Part shown: positions 36,247-45,981 of the stretch, one piece after another | Position numbering within the stretch: position 1 is the stretch's first letter | Layout: each line of letters opens with the position of its first letter | IMG/VR virus record: IMGVR_UViG_3300008448_000127 | Coordinates: 1-51,414 of that record | DNA: 51,414 bases | Reading direction: 5' to 3' (one strand) | Origin: a virus | Lineage: Duplodnaviria > Caudoviricetes | Position numbers and translations under genes: made by a program | The notes under the pieces: model-generated | Databases searched by the model: none | Told to the model about the DNA's origin: nothing | What the model saw: only the letters and a program-made list of their open reading frames with translations

Positions 36247-37707
36247 TTATGCAGTCGTCTTGGACAGTACGACGAATGGGGACAGAGTCAGACCCGCCTT
36301 GGCAGGGTACATAACGTCTCTCCACCATGGGCGAGCATCGTCGAAGGACGTGAACAAGAAGACTTCTTCTCGCTCCAGGAATCGTACGTGGATGCTGCGA
36401 GTCAGAGTACCAGTTCCACGCTCACCGTACAACATCTGAGTGGGGTTAACGCAAGCGAGGAAGTTATCGTTCCATTCGCTGATTGCGTTTCCGTCCTGAC
36501 CGCTGGTGATACCGTTCATGTACTCGGTCCAGATAATTGGACGACCCAGCAGGAAGTCAGGTCGGTCACCAGACTCAGACGGATTGAACAACTTCACCAG
36601 ACCAGCGTTGTTTGGTGACTCGATGTGCAGAGTAGCGATCGTAGGATACAAGTCCTGAGGCGCCAACCACACAGCGTTGTCGTAACCCCAGACACGCTGA
36701 CGCATCTTGAGTACGTTGGTACCGTTGACAATGACGGAAGTTGACTGGCCGTTCTCTCGGAGGACTGTGAGCAGCGATGGGTTGGCACTGTTCAACATGC
36801 CGAGTGGACGACCGATACCGTTACCATTCAACAGTTCGTTGATGCGGTAAGATCGAGCTTCCTGACGAAGACCAGTATCAATCAGAGCAGCAATGGACAG
36901 CGGGCTGTCGGACATCAATTGGTTGGTTGCTGCAGCAGCACCATTCAGTTCATGTGCCTTCAGACTGATGACTTCCATCTCTGACTTGCTCAGAGTAGGA
37001 GCCTGGGTTTCCTTACCTCGGTAGACTCGGAACCCACCAGTCACTGAGGTACGGTGGTCTCTGTCAACACGAGCAGGAATATCGACGACTGGAGCGGTCA
37101 TCGGGATACGGGTCAGGCGGCTGGTCAACTGGTCAGCTTCTGGTTCCATCTGCATAATGCTGTTGATGAAACCGCGAGGTACAGTGACTCCGAGAGATTC
37201 CCAATTCGCCTTGGAGAACTCGTCAGAACCAACTGCGTCCATGACCACTGCTTTCAGGCGAGGATCAATAGCATCAGGGTTGTGCTTGTTCTTGTAAGCG
37301 TTGATGACCGCACCGAGGTAATCCTGCTGGTTACGAAAACCGAACTTCTCTTTGTCATCTTCCCATGCAGGGCGAACAGTAACACCCCTGGAGAAGTCAA
37401 AGGTTAGCCCACTTGTGGCGTTGGCGATACGAGACGTTGCGAGCAGGGCAGCTTTTCGTTCTGCCAAACCGACGTTCGTTTTGCTCATAGCATTGACGAC
37501 TACTTCGAGTCGGTCAACAGCTTCTGAGTACTGTGTCAGTTCGTTTTGAGCCAGCTTATCGCCCTTGGCTTCAAAACCTTCCGTGAGAGTAATCAGGCGA
37601 GTTCGCTCGTCCTGAAGTTGGTTGACGGTCATCTTGGACACGTCTTCGTGTTTGACAGGTGTATCGTTAAAAGCACGGTACACGCGAGTAGCGATGGCAG
37701 AAGCCAT
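36247..37707 (-). CDS. Major capsid protein (HK97 fold) with N-terminal scaffold-like region
   Basis: AGGAGG RBS; motifs GVTVP, LLNGNGIGRPLGML, LLGRPIIWTE, SPFVVL. Confidence 0.93.
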   Translation of the reverse strand: MASAIATRVYRAFNDTPVKHEDVSKMTVNQLQDERTRLITLTEGFEAKGDKLAQNELTQYSEAVDRLEVVVNAMSKTNVGLAERKAALLATSRIANATSGLTFDFSRGVTVRPAWEDDKEKFGFRNQQDYLGAVINAYKNKHNPDAIDPRLKAVVMDAVGSDEFSKANWESLGVTVPRGFINSIMQMEPEADQLTSRLTRIPMTAPVVDIPARVDRDHRTSVTGGFRVYRGKETQAPTLSKSEMEVISLKAHELNGAAAATNQLMSDSPLSIAALIDTGLRQEARSYRINELLNGNGIGRPLGMLNSANPSLLTVLRENGQSTSVIVNGTNVLKMRQRVWGYDNAVWLAPQDLYPTIATLHIESPNNAGLVKLFNPSESGDRPDFLLGRPIIWTEYMNGITSGQDGNAISEWNDNFLACVNPTQMLYGERGTGTLTRSIHVRFLEREEVFLFTSFDDARPWWRDVMYPAKAGLTLSPFVVLSKTTA

Positions 37708-37788
37708 GACAAAACCTCCTGTGATGTTGAGTGGCATCTGGCTGCTGCTTATATGCGTTGCTGTGGGCATAGCCGTTGACTATTGAGT

Positions 37789-37817
37789 AATGTAAAGGGG
37801 CAGATTTGAAATGTCAA
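37789..37817 (-). promoter_or_regulatory. Sigma70-type promoter TTGACA-N17-TACATT upstream of the capsid gene
   Basis: Intergenic and near consensus. Confidence 0.7.
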
Positions 37818-37818
37818 A

Positions 37819-38538
37819 CTAATTTAGACATTTTTTGCGTAGATTAAGAGCCTTAAGTTTTAGGGCTGTCAAGTCTGGAGAAACAATTTGTACGTCGGAT
37901 TTGTTCCGTACAATTTCTGGGATAGAAAGACAGTTAAGGATTGCTGTGTCGGGGCGAGCGTTGCGGACAGAATTGAACAGACCTTTAGCCACTGCTTCAG
38001 GTGCGGACATGTAAGTTTCCGCTTCCATCAGATTCTTCACGTCGTCAGCTTTCATAGGCGTTCTGGTAGTGAAGATATCAACGATACTGTCTCGGTGGGA
38101 CTCCCAGCGGTTGCGGACGTTATCTACTTCCTTGAGCGAGTCGATCTTGGCGTACAAATAAGGGTTGTGCATCATGAACAGACCACCATTGCAGATTTGT
38201 CTGTCTTCACCAGCAAGAGCCAGCCAACCCGCAGAACTGAAAGCGTATCCATCTACGATAGTTGTGACCTTACCCTTGTGTTCAAGCAATCGGTTGTAAA
38301 TCGCCAGAGCAGACCCAACTTCACCACCAGATGAGTTGATGCGTACGTTGAGGTCGGCAGGAGCGTCTTTCATGAAGTCCATGACTTCTGCAGGAGTAAC
38401 CGAAGTGTCACCTTCAAACCATTTATGAGGCATGATGATATCATAGATCATCAATTCGTTAGCTTGGTTGAAGGTGACTTTGCTTTCCAGTACTTCACCA
38501 GAAGGCAACTGCTTACGATTCAGTACAAGTGATTTCAT
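37819..38538 (-). CDS. ClpP-like head maturation protease
   Basis: Motifs RINSSGGEV, DGYAFSSA, MMHNP, ETYMSAPEAVAKG. Confidence 0.93.
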   Translation of the reverse strand: MKSLVLNRKQLPSGEVLESKVTFNQANELMIYDIIMPHKWFEGDTSVTPAEVMDFMKDAPADLNVRINSSGGEVGSALAIYNRLLEHKGKVTTIVDGYAFSSAGWLALAGEDRQICNGGLFMMHNPYLYAKIDSLKEVDNVRNRWESHRDSIVDIFTTRTPMKADDVKNLMEAETYMSAPEAVAKGLFNSVRNARPDTAILNCLSIPEIVRNKSDVQIVSPDLTALKLKALNLRKKCLN

Positions 38539-40321
38539 TTTCAATTCCTTCAGGTAATTTCTGGGAAGACAACCATTCAGGGATGAGATCGTCGAGAGGC
38601 TTGTTGTTGACCTGTATCAAGTCTTTCCATGAGAACAATTGATCCTGCAGCATGACGTGAAACTTACCGTTCAGAGCATAAAACTCCTGAACAGCAGATT
38701 CGTAGTCATCAGGTCGGGACTGCTTCTTTTGATCCAGTACACGGGTTTCGTACTGCTTCAAGCCATTTACGACATTCATGAAAGCGTTACGAATCCGCTT
38801 GTCAATGTTTGCCTTGGACGGTGATTTGTCCATCTTACCCGATGTTGGTTCAGACTTAGCAGCAGCCTTTTCCTGGAGTGCTTCATGTTCTTCACCCGAC
38901 ACCATTCCTTCATTGGCTTTGACAGTAGACTCTGTTTGAGCCTCGGTCATCTTGTTAGCCAACTCAGCACCTTTCTCAAGGAGTAACGAGTGGTCAACAG
39001 TCATGATGTTAACTGGAACGTACCTTGGATTGGCTGCTGGGTCGGACGGATCAATGTGTAGACCGAGCAAAGCACGCCCTTCGACGCGGTCGATCATACC
39101 GATCTCAAACAGGTTTCTAAGAGAAGTAGTAAACTTGTCGATAACGTTGCGGTAGAGGTACAGGGTCTCGAACTCAAACCCAAACAACATCTGCGAAGGA
39201 AGAGGTAGGAGTTCTTGACGAAACTGAGACTGGAGGCGTGACAAGAATGGACCAATACCTGTTTGGACGAACAGGGCAATTGCTTGAGCTAAGTCTGTAC
39301 CGCCAGCGTCTGTACCCATGTAGCTATGGAGCAGGACAGGAGGTACATTAAGGCCACGAGCAACATCTTCAACGCTGAATGCACGAGTTTCGATAAACTG
39401 AAGTTGCTGCATCGGAGTACCGACGTTAACAGGCTTCAAGTTCTGCTCAAGAATACGTGTACGAAACAATGCGTCGAGTGAATCGTTCGGGTTCTCTTCG
39501 AAGGAGGCCTCAAGGCGTTTAAGCACTTCTGGTGCAAGACGATGCTCAGTTGTCAGCCATGTCTGTGACGCATGACCTTTGGTGTAGTACTTACGTGCGT
39601 ATTCTTCAGCAGCAGAGTACAACTCGTTGCTTTTTGTGGACATGGCGATAAAGCCGTGGGCACGGTGAAACTCAGAGTCAAGTACCTTACCTTTGAAGTG
39701 GGCTATTTCACTACGCAGGAGTAACAGAGGACGGGCGTCAACGTCACGGGCACGATCACCCGTATCGATGCGGTAGACAAGTTCTCCCGGTACAGTTCTA
39801 CGCCCGTTGGATAGCTGATCCCCACCTTGTGAGCGGTAGATGTTACCTCTTGGAATGCGTGTTGGATGGACATAGTATAGCCTGGATAATCTACCCTGAG
39901 CATCGTTCTCTCGGATGAAGTAACAGTTACCATCCATCAGTACGTCATAGATGATCGTAATCAGTGCATCGTCTGCACTGAGTTCTGGGTGGTAGTAATG
40001 CGAGAATATGCGGGACGCTGGATGGTCAGTGGTTGCAACGATACGCTGCTTAGCACCAGTACCTGCTTCCAGTGCGTACATACGTCTAGGCAGAGAACCA
40101 ATCATCCCTGTGTAGATGTCAATTGCACATTTGACAGCAGAGAGTTTTAGAGCGGCGTCTGCGTTGTTGGCGTACATGTGCTCGTGGTTCAAAACCCCGA
40201 ACAAGTCTTTCCAGGACAGTGCAGATGCCTGGTTCAACACGTCATGGACGATGTCCACAAACTTTGAGATTGCGGAACGTGACGGTTCTTGCTGTTGCTT
40301 TTTCCATGGTAGCCACGCCAT
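38513..40321 (-). CDS. Portal protein (HK97 family) with C-terminal extension
   Basis: Motifs SAVKCAI, DGNCY, QFIETRAFSVEDVARGLNVPP; located between terL and the protease. Confidence 0.92.
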   Translation of the reverse strand: MAWLPWKKQQQEPSRSAISKFVDIVHDVLNQASALSWKDLFGVLNHEHMYANNADAALKLSAVKCAIDIYTGMIGSLPRRMYALEAGTGAKQRIVATTDHPASRIFSHYYHPELSADDALITIIYDVLMDGNCYFIRENDAQGRLSRLYYVHPTRIPRGNIYRSQGGDQLSNGRRTVPGELVYRIDTGDRARDVDARPLLLLRSEIAHFKGKVLDSEFHRAHGFIAMSTKSNELYSAAEEYARKYYTKGHASQTWLTTEHRLAPEVLKRLEASFEENPNDSLDALFRTRILEQNLKPVNVGTPMQQLQFIETRAFSVEDVARGLNVPPVLLHSYMGTDAGGTDLAQAIALFVQTGIGPFLSRLQSQFRQELLPLPSQMLFGFEFETLYLYRNVIDKFTTSLRNLFEIGMIDRVEGRALLGLHIDPSDPAANPRYVPVNIMTVDHSLLLEKGAELANKMTEAQTESTVKANEGMVSGEEHEALQEKAAAKSEPTSGKMDKSPSKANIDKRIRNAFMNVVNGLKQYETRVLDQKKQSRPDDYESAVQEFYALNGKFHVMLQDQLFSWKDLIQVNNKPLDDLIPEWLSSQKLPEGIENEITCTES

Positions 40322-40322
40322 A

Positions 40323-42221
40323 TTATTGTGCCTTCAGTCCGCGAATGTCTGTGATCGTCTCAAACTCGGGGTAGAGCCATGCACCAATAGCCATGAGACC
40401 AGCAACAATCCCATCGATCTTATTAGTGGATTTTGACTTGTCGGGTCGTATTTGTCCATCCCGATTGGTCATAATTACAACATTTCCTACCATCCAGTCT
40501 AAGACAGGATGCCCACCATGACTAAATTGGTGATCTGTTACCATGGCTTCTGTGCGACGACATGGTTCATTCATACCGTTAAAGTTCTGAGGGTATTGTC
40601 TTGCAGGAAGACCATACTGATGAAGTGCTTTGTAGATGTACTCAACATTCCATCGGTCAAAGGCTATGCAGCGAACATCTCTGAAGTAAGTGAATAGGCC
40701 AGGGTGGTCATCTTTACCAATCATGGCATCAACGATGCCTTGCTGGTCAATTGTTTTGCCGGGAGACGTTGAGTTGATTAATCCAGCTTCCCACCAAATG
40801 TTGTACGGAAGGTTTTGTTCCTGTGAACGTTGATAGATCGATTCGGCTGGAACCCAACCCCAATGCAGCATGACACCGTACTTAGGGAACCACAAGTTAA
40901 CCGATGCGATGTCACTGACTACAGCATTATCGAATCCAGCGTAGCACTCTTCGTCTCTCAAGAACTCCATCTGCCGAATGTACCATGACCAGTACAGTTG
41001 GTACCGACCAATATAAACATCGACGGATGTCGATCCTCTAAACTTTTCTGAGGAAGCAATGTTATGCCACATCCAGTGACGTGACATCCACTCTTTGATC
41101 GCTTCTATTGACAGTAACGGAGTTTCAGGAGAAGCATTACCATTAGCCCAAACGTAAGAAGGAATCCATGCTGTTTCTGTTTTGGTTCTGATGTTGAGGT
41201 GAAGGCGTAGAAAACGATTCAGCTCAACAGGATTGTTAGCGGCATTACGGACGAGTCTCTGGAAGTAATCTCTGGTGATGGACTTACCATAATTAGGATT
41301 AGCTTTCATCCAGACCTTCTCTGAACGAAAGTCGTCAGACAGATCAGCCTCGTAGATCACCGGCAGGAATGTAGGCTCCCACTGACGATCTGTGGCTATT
41401 GCTTTGGCTTTTTCGTACAGAGTGTTACAAACAGATGGTCGATCGTAATCAGCCGTTGTCGTGTACACAATCAAAGGTTGGCGTCGTGCTCCAGTACCCG
41501 TGAGCATAACGTCAATGAGTTCACTGTTGGGGTGAGCGTGAACTTCATCAATGTACACAAAGTTTGGTGATAACCCGTGCTTAGTATCCGCTACTGACGA
41601 CAGTACCTTGTACATGGAGCCATCAGTGTGCTCAAAAGAACGAGTAGAGCGAAATACTTTCTTGTCTCGCAACCGTCCAATAAGCCTTGGGTTGTTCTCG
41701 ATCATGTACTGTGCGTGTCTAAAGTTGTTAGTAGCCTGCTCAATATCAGCAGCACAGCAAAATGATTGAGCACGTTTCTCCTTGTCAACGAAGAACATAA
41801 TTAAGGATATGATAGCCCCAAATGCCGTAGTTTTCCCGTTTTTTCGTGCTACAAATATGAAGCATTCTCGGTATCTGCGGTAGTCTGTACCTTCTTGTTT
41901 CCAGCAGAATAAGTTTGCGTAGATACAGGACTGCCATTCTTCGGGAATAAACGGAAGACCTGTACTTTCAGCTTCTGGGTAGCAACACTCGTTAACTATA
42001 AATGCAATAATACGATCCCATTCAGCACAGTCAAAGTAGTAACCTTTGGCTGAGACAAATGGATCATATAGCGGTAGTCCACGCAGAAAATCAACAGTCC
42101 TGACTTCTTTCCACTTCCAACCAACCAGTTTGTCATTTTCATACAAAGGTTCGGGAATGTTAAGTTTAGCAGGACCACGTATGTACGCTGACTCCGGTAT
42201 AGTTTCTAGTGGCAGGTCCAT
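40323..42221 (-). CDS. terL: Terminase large subunit
   Basis: Motifs ARKNGKT, YIDEVH, TTA, ANPNYG, FDRW, KIDGIVA. Confidence 0.96.
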   Translation of the reverse strand: MDLPLETIPESAYIRGPAKLNIPEPLYENDKLVGWKWKEVRTVDFLRGLPLYDPFVSAKGYYFDCAEWDRIIAFIVNECCYPEAESTGLPFIPEEWQSCIYANLFCWKQEGTDYRRYRECFIFVARKNGKTTAFGAIISLIMFFVDKEKRAQSFCCAADIEQATNNFRHAQYMIENNPRLIGRLRDKKVFRSTRSFEHTDGSMYKVLSSVADTKHGLSPNFVYIDEVHAHPNSELIDVMLTGTGARRQPLIVYTTTADYDRPSVCNTLYEKAKAIATDRQWEPTFLPVIYEADLSDDFRSEKVWMKANPNYGKSITRDYFQRLVRNAANNPVELNRFLRLHLNIRTKTETAWIPSYVWANGNASPETPLLSIEAIKEWMSRHWMWHNIASSEKFRGSTSVDVYIGRYQLYWSWYIRQMEFLRDEECYAGFDNAVVSDIASVNLWFPKYGVMLHWGWVPAESIYQRSQEQNLPYNIWWEAGLINSTSPGKTIDQQGIVDAMIGKDDHPGLFTYFRDVRCIAFDRWNVEYIYKALHQYGLPARQYPQNFNGMNEPCRRTEAMVTDHQFSHGGHPVLDWMVGNVVIMTNRDGQIRPDKSKSTNKIDGIVAGLMAIGAWLYPEFETITDIRGLKAQ

Positions 42222-42236
42222 GGGGATGGATCAGTT

Positions 42237-43406
42237 CTAGGTCTCGAACGTGATTGTGCCTGTTTCGAATGTCATCACTTCAGCATCTGTTCCAGTACCG
42301 ACATAAGGCCAAGTGAACGTGAGTAAACCTGTGTAGCGATACTTCACAAGCCCTTTGGCAGTTTCTGAGGAAGGAATCTCAATAAGGGCGTATGGTGCAT
42401 CTCCTGTACCTGTGCCTGGTGGATCAACAAAAACTGCTGTACCAGTAATTATGCGGGAAGATTCTGTGTCATTGGCACGTTTAATGACAAAGGTCGCTAT
42501 AGCGTCTGCAAAGTTCTTGTTACCTGCAGACGTTAGGGCTACTCCGTCCGTATCAACAATTGGTAGCTGAATACCCCGACCGATTGCATCTGTGTATGAG
42601 TCGCCTACCCTAAGTGTTTCTGGGAAGGAAGTAATGGTTCCTGGTTCCAGTACAGACGCTGCAAGTAGTTGGGTTGCACCGGCTGCAGTGCCAATCAAGT
42701 CTGTCTTAGCTTTTACTGCAAGAAGTGTTGCTTGTGAAGCATCACCTCCGCTGGACGGAGCGAGTTCAAGCATGTTGGCCGTAAACTGGTGGACCAACCC
42801 ATCTTGCACCAGACCCGTGTCGATCTTGTCGAGAATGGTTTTTGCTAGAGCGAGGTTTGCTGCAGTCGCAGGGGCGTAGTCAGGCTGCGTTGCGTCGAGC
42901 TTCACACGAGCATTGGAGTCCAGTTCCGCGTTTACTTTTTCTCCGAAAGTCCCGGCTGTGACGTGTCCAGATCGAGCCTCGTCCCAGACCGCGTCTGCAT
43001 TGGCTGCAGCAGTCGGTGGCGTTGTTGTGTTGGCTCCAAACGCTGCCGTCTGATAGTCCACGGTATCCAACTCAATATAGATATTTACCGGGACCATGTT
43101 CGCGGCCCCTCTCAACTGGATAGCACATTCGTTTCCGCCATCCAGAGCAGCATTCGGAATGCCGATTTCGTACCAGCCAGGCATGTTGGTATTGTCGACA
43201 GCGACGAATCCGCCGCTTGCCCACGTTCCGAGCGTTGCTGTAGCCAGAGTGATCTGTACTTCGTTGGACAGATCCCCCGCGAAGTAGTACGCAACCAGAC
43301 TGCTTGTGTTGTAAACAAGATTTGCCAATCCAGCCCCAACCGTACTGGTTGAATCAGCGATAAAGATCAGGCGACGAACTGAGGTAGAGCCTCGTTTAAG
43401 TTTCAT
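42237..43406 (-). CDS. Putative virion fibre/structural protein
   Basis: Ala/Thr/Gly-rich, with PGWYE, ADAVWDE and GTGTG motifs. Confidence 0.6.
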   Translation of the reverse strand: MKLKRGSTSVRRLIFIADSTSTVGAGLANLVYNTSSLVAYYFAGDLSNEVQITLATATLGTWASGGFVAVDNTNMPGWYEIGIPNAALDGGNECAIQLRGAANMVPVNIYIELDTVDYQTAAFGANTTTPPTAAANADAVWDEARSGHVTAGTFGEKVNAELDSNARVKLDATQPDYAPATAANLALAKTILDKIDTGLVQDGLVHQFTANMLELAPSSGGDASQATLLAVKAKTDLIGTAAGATQLLAASVLEPGTITSFPETLRVGDSYTDAIGRGIQLPIVDTDGVALTSAGNKNFADAIATFVIKRANDTESSRIITGTAVFVDPPGTGTGDAPYALIEIPSSETAKGLVKYRYTGLLTFTWPYVGTGTDAEVMTFETGTITFET

Positions 43407-44164
43407 TATTGATCAGCTCCCCCTCTGACGTTCACCATTCGCACACCGCCTCCACTGGCCGGTGCGTAAGTCCCGCCACGACTTGCCGATACTTCTGCAA
43501 CTTCTCCGGCTGTCGCGATTCGTAGCAAAGCCCTGACATCATCGACTCGACCGCTTCCATAAGTCAGAGTCGGAGCCATGACAGCCCCGACAATCACCTT
43601 CGAGCCAGATGCGGTTGGCAGCGTTGTTGGAATTGAACCCGAAAACGTGAGCGTCTTCTCAACTCCGTCCAAATATGCTTTAAGCCGATCCGCGTTAGTC
43701 GCTCCATTGCCGTTGAAGTTGACAATTAACGAATGCCAGTTCGTGTCATTCGTCGCGAAGTATCCAAACGCAGTCGAACCAACAACGATGTAGACATTTC
43801 CGTCTGAAAACACGTTGACAGAAAATCGCGTGGTGTTGTCGTTATTCGCTGCAGCCCACGCCAGCCCTGGTGCTGTGGTGTTGATTGCCGACCGCTTAAA
43901 CCAATACATCAGAGAGGCACATTTCGCCGCTGCCGATGGAGTGTTAGCTGTTAACACATGGTCGTTCGTGCCGTCGAAATCCAGAGCTTTCGTACCACCA
44001 GATCCAGTGTCAGAGAGCCAATCTGTTGCCGCGTCCATGTTCGTTAGCGTACCGTTGGATACGCCGACAAAGTCCGTCAAAGTCGTCGTGCCATCGCCTG
44101 CCGTGTCTTTTGACGGACACATTGCACAGACGGAGCCTGCCCAAATCGTGCTTGCGTAAGACAT
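43406..44164 (-). CDS. LamG/concanavalin A-like domain protein
   Basis: Motifs NGTLTNM, ALDFDGTNDHV, WHSL, YLDG, GRVDDVR. Confidence 0.85.
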   Translation of the reverse strand: MSYASTIWAGSVCAMCPSKDTAGDGTTTLTDFVGVSNGTLTNMDAATDWLSDTGSGGTKALDFDGTNDHVLTANTPSAAAKCASLMYWFKRSAINTTAPGLAWAAANNDNTTRFSVNVFSDGNVYIVVGSTAFGYFATNDTNWHSLIVNFNGNGATNADRLKAYLDGVEKTLTFSGSIPTTLPTASGSKVIVGAVMAPTLTYGSGRVDDVRALLRIATAGEVAEVSASRGGTYAPASGGGVRMVNVRGGADQ

Positions 44165-44685
44165 CAGCCAGCCTCCAGCGTGTCGGCAGCCGAACGCAGG
44201 GCAGCAATCAGTGTGGCTCGATTGTTGGCCGATGGATTGATCGATTCGTTCTGCAGCGTGCTCCACTGCTCAGACAATTGGAGTGACTCGTAGGCCGATT
44301 GGCACTGCTCGGCAGTCGTCGAAACGACGGGAACTGATCTCACGCCGAGAGCCTTAACCGCCGCGACTGCTTCCGATGGAAGGCCAGATCCGATGGATTC
44401 AATCATCGCCTGTCGTTCGCTTGTGTGCAGTTGCAGCCCGGTCGTTGAAAATGCGATGAATGCCGATTCCATCAATGGATTGACGGACGCAGCAGTTTTC
44501 ACCGCAGCAGCGATTCCCAAAACCAATTCCTGTGGCAATTGCCCTTGGCTCATCATTAGTCCGAACGACCAGTGCGTTTGATCGACTACATTGGATCGCA
44601 GTGCGTTCAAAGTCTCTGCAACAGCATCCCACCTGCCCGCCTGAGCGTCAGTCAAAGCGTGTTCTCGAATCAGGCCTGCGAGCAT
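44164..44685 (-). CDS. Hypothetical protein
   Basis: 173 aa with GGGGG RBS; coupled to the LamG gene. Confidence 0.75.
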   Translation of the reverse strand: MLAGLIREHALTDAQAGRWDAVAETLNALRSNVVDQTHWSFGLMMSQGQLPQELVLGIAAAVKTAASVNPLMESAFIAFSTTGLQLHTSERQAMIESIGSGLPSEAVAAVKALGVRSVPVVSTTAEQCQSAYESLQLSEQWSTLQNESINPSANNRATLIAALRSAADTLEAG

Positions 44686-44892
44686 GTTTCCCCCAATGAG
44701 CAGCGGAGTCTTTTTCTCCGCGTTTGTGCCGTGTATTTGCTTCTTCTGCCGTCCGCAACCACATGAGGAGCGGGCTACTTAACCGTGTGTACAAAAGATA
44801 AAACCCACAGGGATTCAAAGTCTCCTTGAGCAACCTGCTTATGGTGTCGAGACTGAATGTGTGGGTGTTATCTAGAGAGGCTTCATAGAAAA

Positions 44893-44998
44893 GAATGGTG
44901 TAGACCCCTGTACTGCCCAGCTATGGAGTCGAACCAAGCACACTGTCTACCGCTCTCACCGTTGAGCTATCCAATGACAGTACAGACTTTTACCATTC
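44893..44998 (-). ncRNA. tRNA-elbow-like RNA without an anticodon arm (copy B)
   Basis: TAGCTCAACGGTGAGAGC (D-arm) and TGGTTCGACTCCA (T-arm), enclosed by stems CTGTACTGTC/GGCAGTACAG and GAATGGT/ACCATTC. Confidence 0.65.
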
Positions 44999-45009
44999 CA
45001 ATGCGTAGG

Positions 45010-45270
45010 TTAAGCAGATTCTTCGCTGATGTCAACCTGATTCTTATCATTTTTCTCTTGATACGAGGTAAGACGGCCTTCCAACTTACCTACAGCTCTC
45101 GACACGTCCTTCAATTCAACGTGGAGTTCTTCAATCTTCACCAGAGCCTTGCCGTGCTCATTCTTGCACTCGTCAAGTGCCTTCATGATAAATTTACCAG
45201 CCCATGTACCTGCTGCACCAATCCCGCCAAGGACTGTTGTGACGAGTGTAATGATAATCGATTGATCCAT
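45010..45270 (-). CDS. Single-TM coiled-coil membrane protein (holin/anti-holin-like)
   Basis: Segment IIITLVTTVLGGIGAAG followed by a heptad-like region. Confidence 0.7.
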   Translation of the reverse strand: MDQSIIITLVTTVLGGIGAAGTWAGKFIMKALDECKNEHGKALVKIEELHVELKDVSRAVGKLEGRLTSYQEKNDKNQVDISEESA

Positions 45271-45322
45271 TGTGCTTGCCCTGTTGCTATGTTGTCGCTA
45301 TGGTACCAACAAGGGGGTTACT

Positions 45323-45709
45323 ATGAGCCGACTTAGCCGAAAGATAATCAGACCTAAGAGAAAATGCAAGATCGCTACTGATGCCTTTGCACATTTTCTG
45401 AGGAAGAATCCAACTAAGGCTGAAGCCTACTTCTGGAAACACCTGAAAAAGAGGCAGAAAGAATGGCAACACCAGTTTGTACAACAGGCTGTTGTTTACG
45501 GTTACATACCTGACTTGTACTGCGAGTCACTACACTTGATTGTAGAGATTGATGGACTGATCCATAAACGCAAAGACGTTAAGCGTCGTGATGCTCTGAG
45601 GACAAGAAGATTAAAGAAGCACGGCATTACTGTGGTGCGGTTCACCAACTCACAAGTGTTTGGCAACCCACATGCTCTCATCAGTCTTCTGGAAGAAGTA
45701 TGCGATTAA
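45323..45709 (+). CDS. DUF559/Vsr-like endonuclease
   Basis: Motifs LRKNPTKAE..FW, YIPDLYC, IVEIDG..H, RD..R...L...G.TVVRFTN. Confidence 0.88.
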   Translation: MSRLSRKIIRPKRKCKIATDAFAHFLRKNPTKAEAYFWKHLKKRQKEWQHQFVQQAVVYGYIPDLYCESLHLIVEIDGLIHKRKDVKRRDALRTRRLKKHGITVVRFTNSQVFGNPHALISLLEEVCD

Positions 45710-45981
45710 GTGCGTCGATAACCTACTGACCACAATTGCGTTGCCAGGCCGCTGACCACAGCTTCTTCGGCATTTTCTGGGAGAAGAGATGTTAGTCCGG
45801 TCTCGAACAGGATCGCGTGCAGGATCTCGTGTAATTCGATCAGATCGGCAGGAATGTTGGAGTGCTTTTCCAGCGTCTTGTCGATGCTGATTACTCCCGT
45901 TGCCGGTTCGCATAAGCCGAAGTTGTCACCGATGTCTGCTCGCTTGATCGTATAGTTTCTACCACAAATTTTGAGTTTCAT
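45706..45981 (-). CDS. Small HExxH metallopeptidase-like phage protein
   Basis: Motifs LHEILHA and EEAVV. Confidence 0.75.
   Translation of the reverse strand: MKLKICGRNYTIKRADIGDNFGLCEPATGVISIDKTLEKHSNIPADLIELHEILHAILFETGLTSLLPENAEEAVVSGLATQLWSVGYRRT

Noticed and set aside
29314-44632. Numerous plus-strand ORFs of 60-150 aa opposite the structural genes
   Set aside because: They are antisense shadows of well-supported minus-strand genes, with no motifs or RBSs.
44893-44998. Canonical tRNA gene (also considered for 19121-19192)
   Set aside because: No 5-bp anticodon stem with a 7-nt loop, no correct cloverleaf spacing and no CCA. Kept only as tRNA-like elements.
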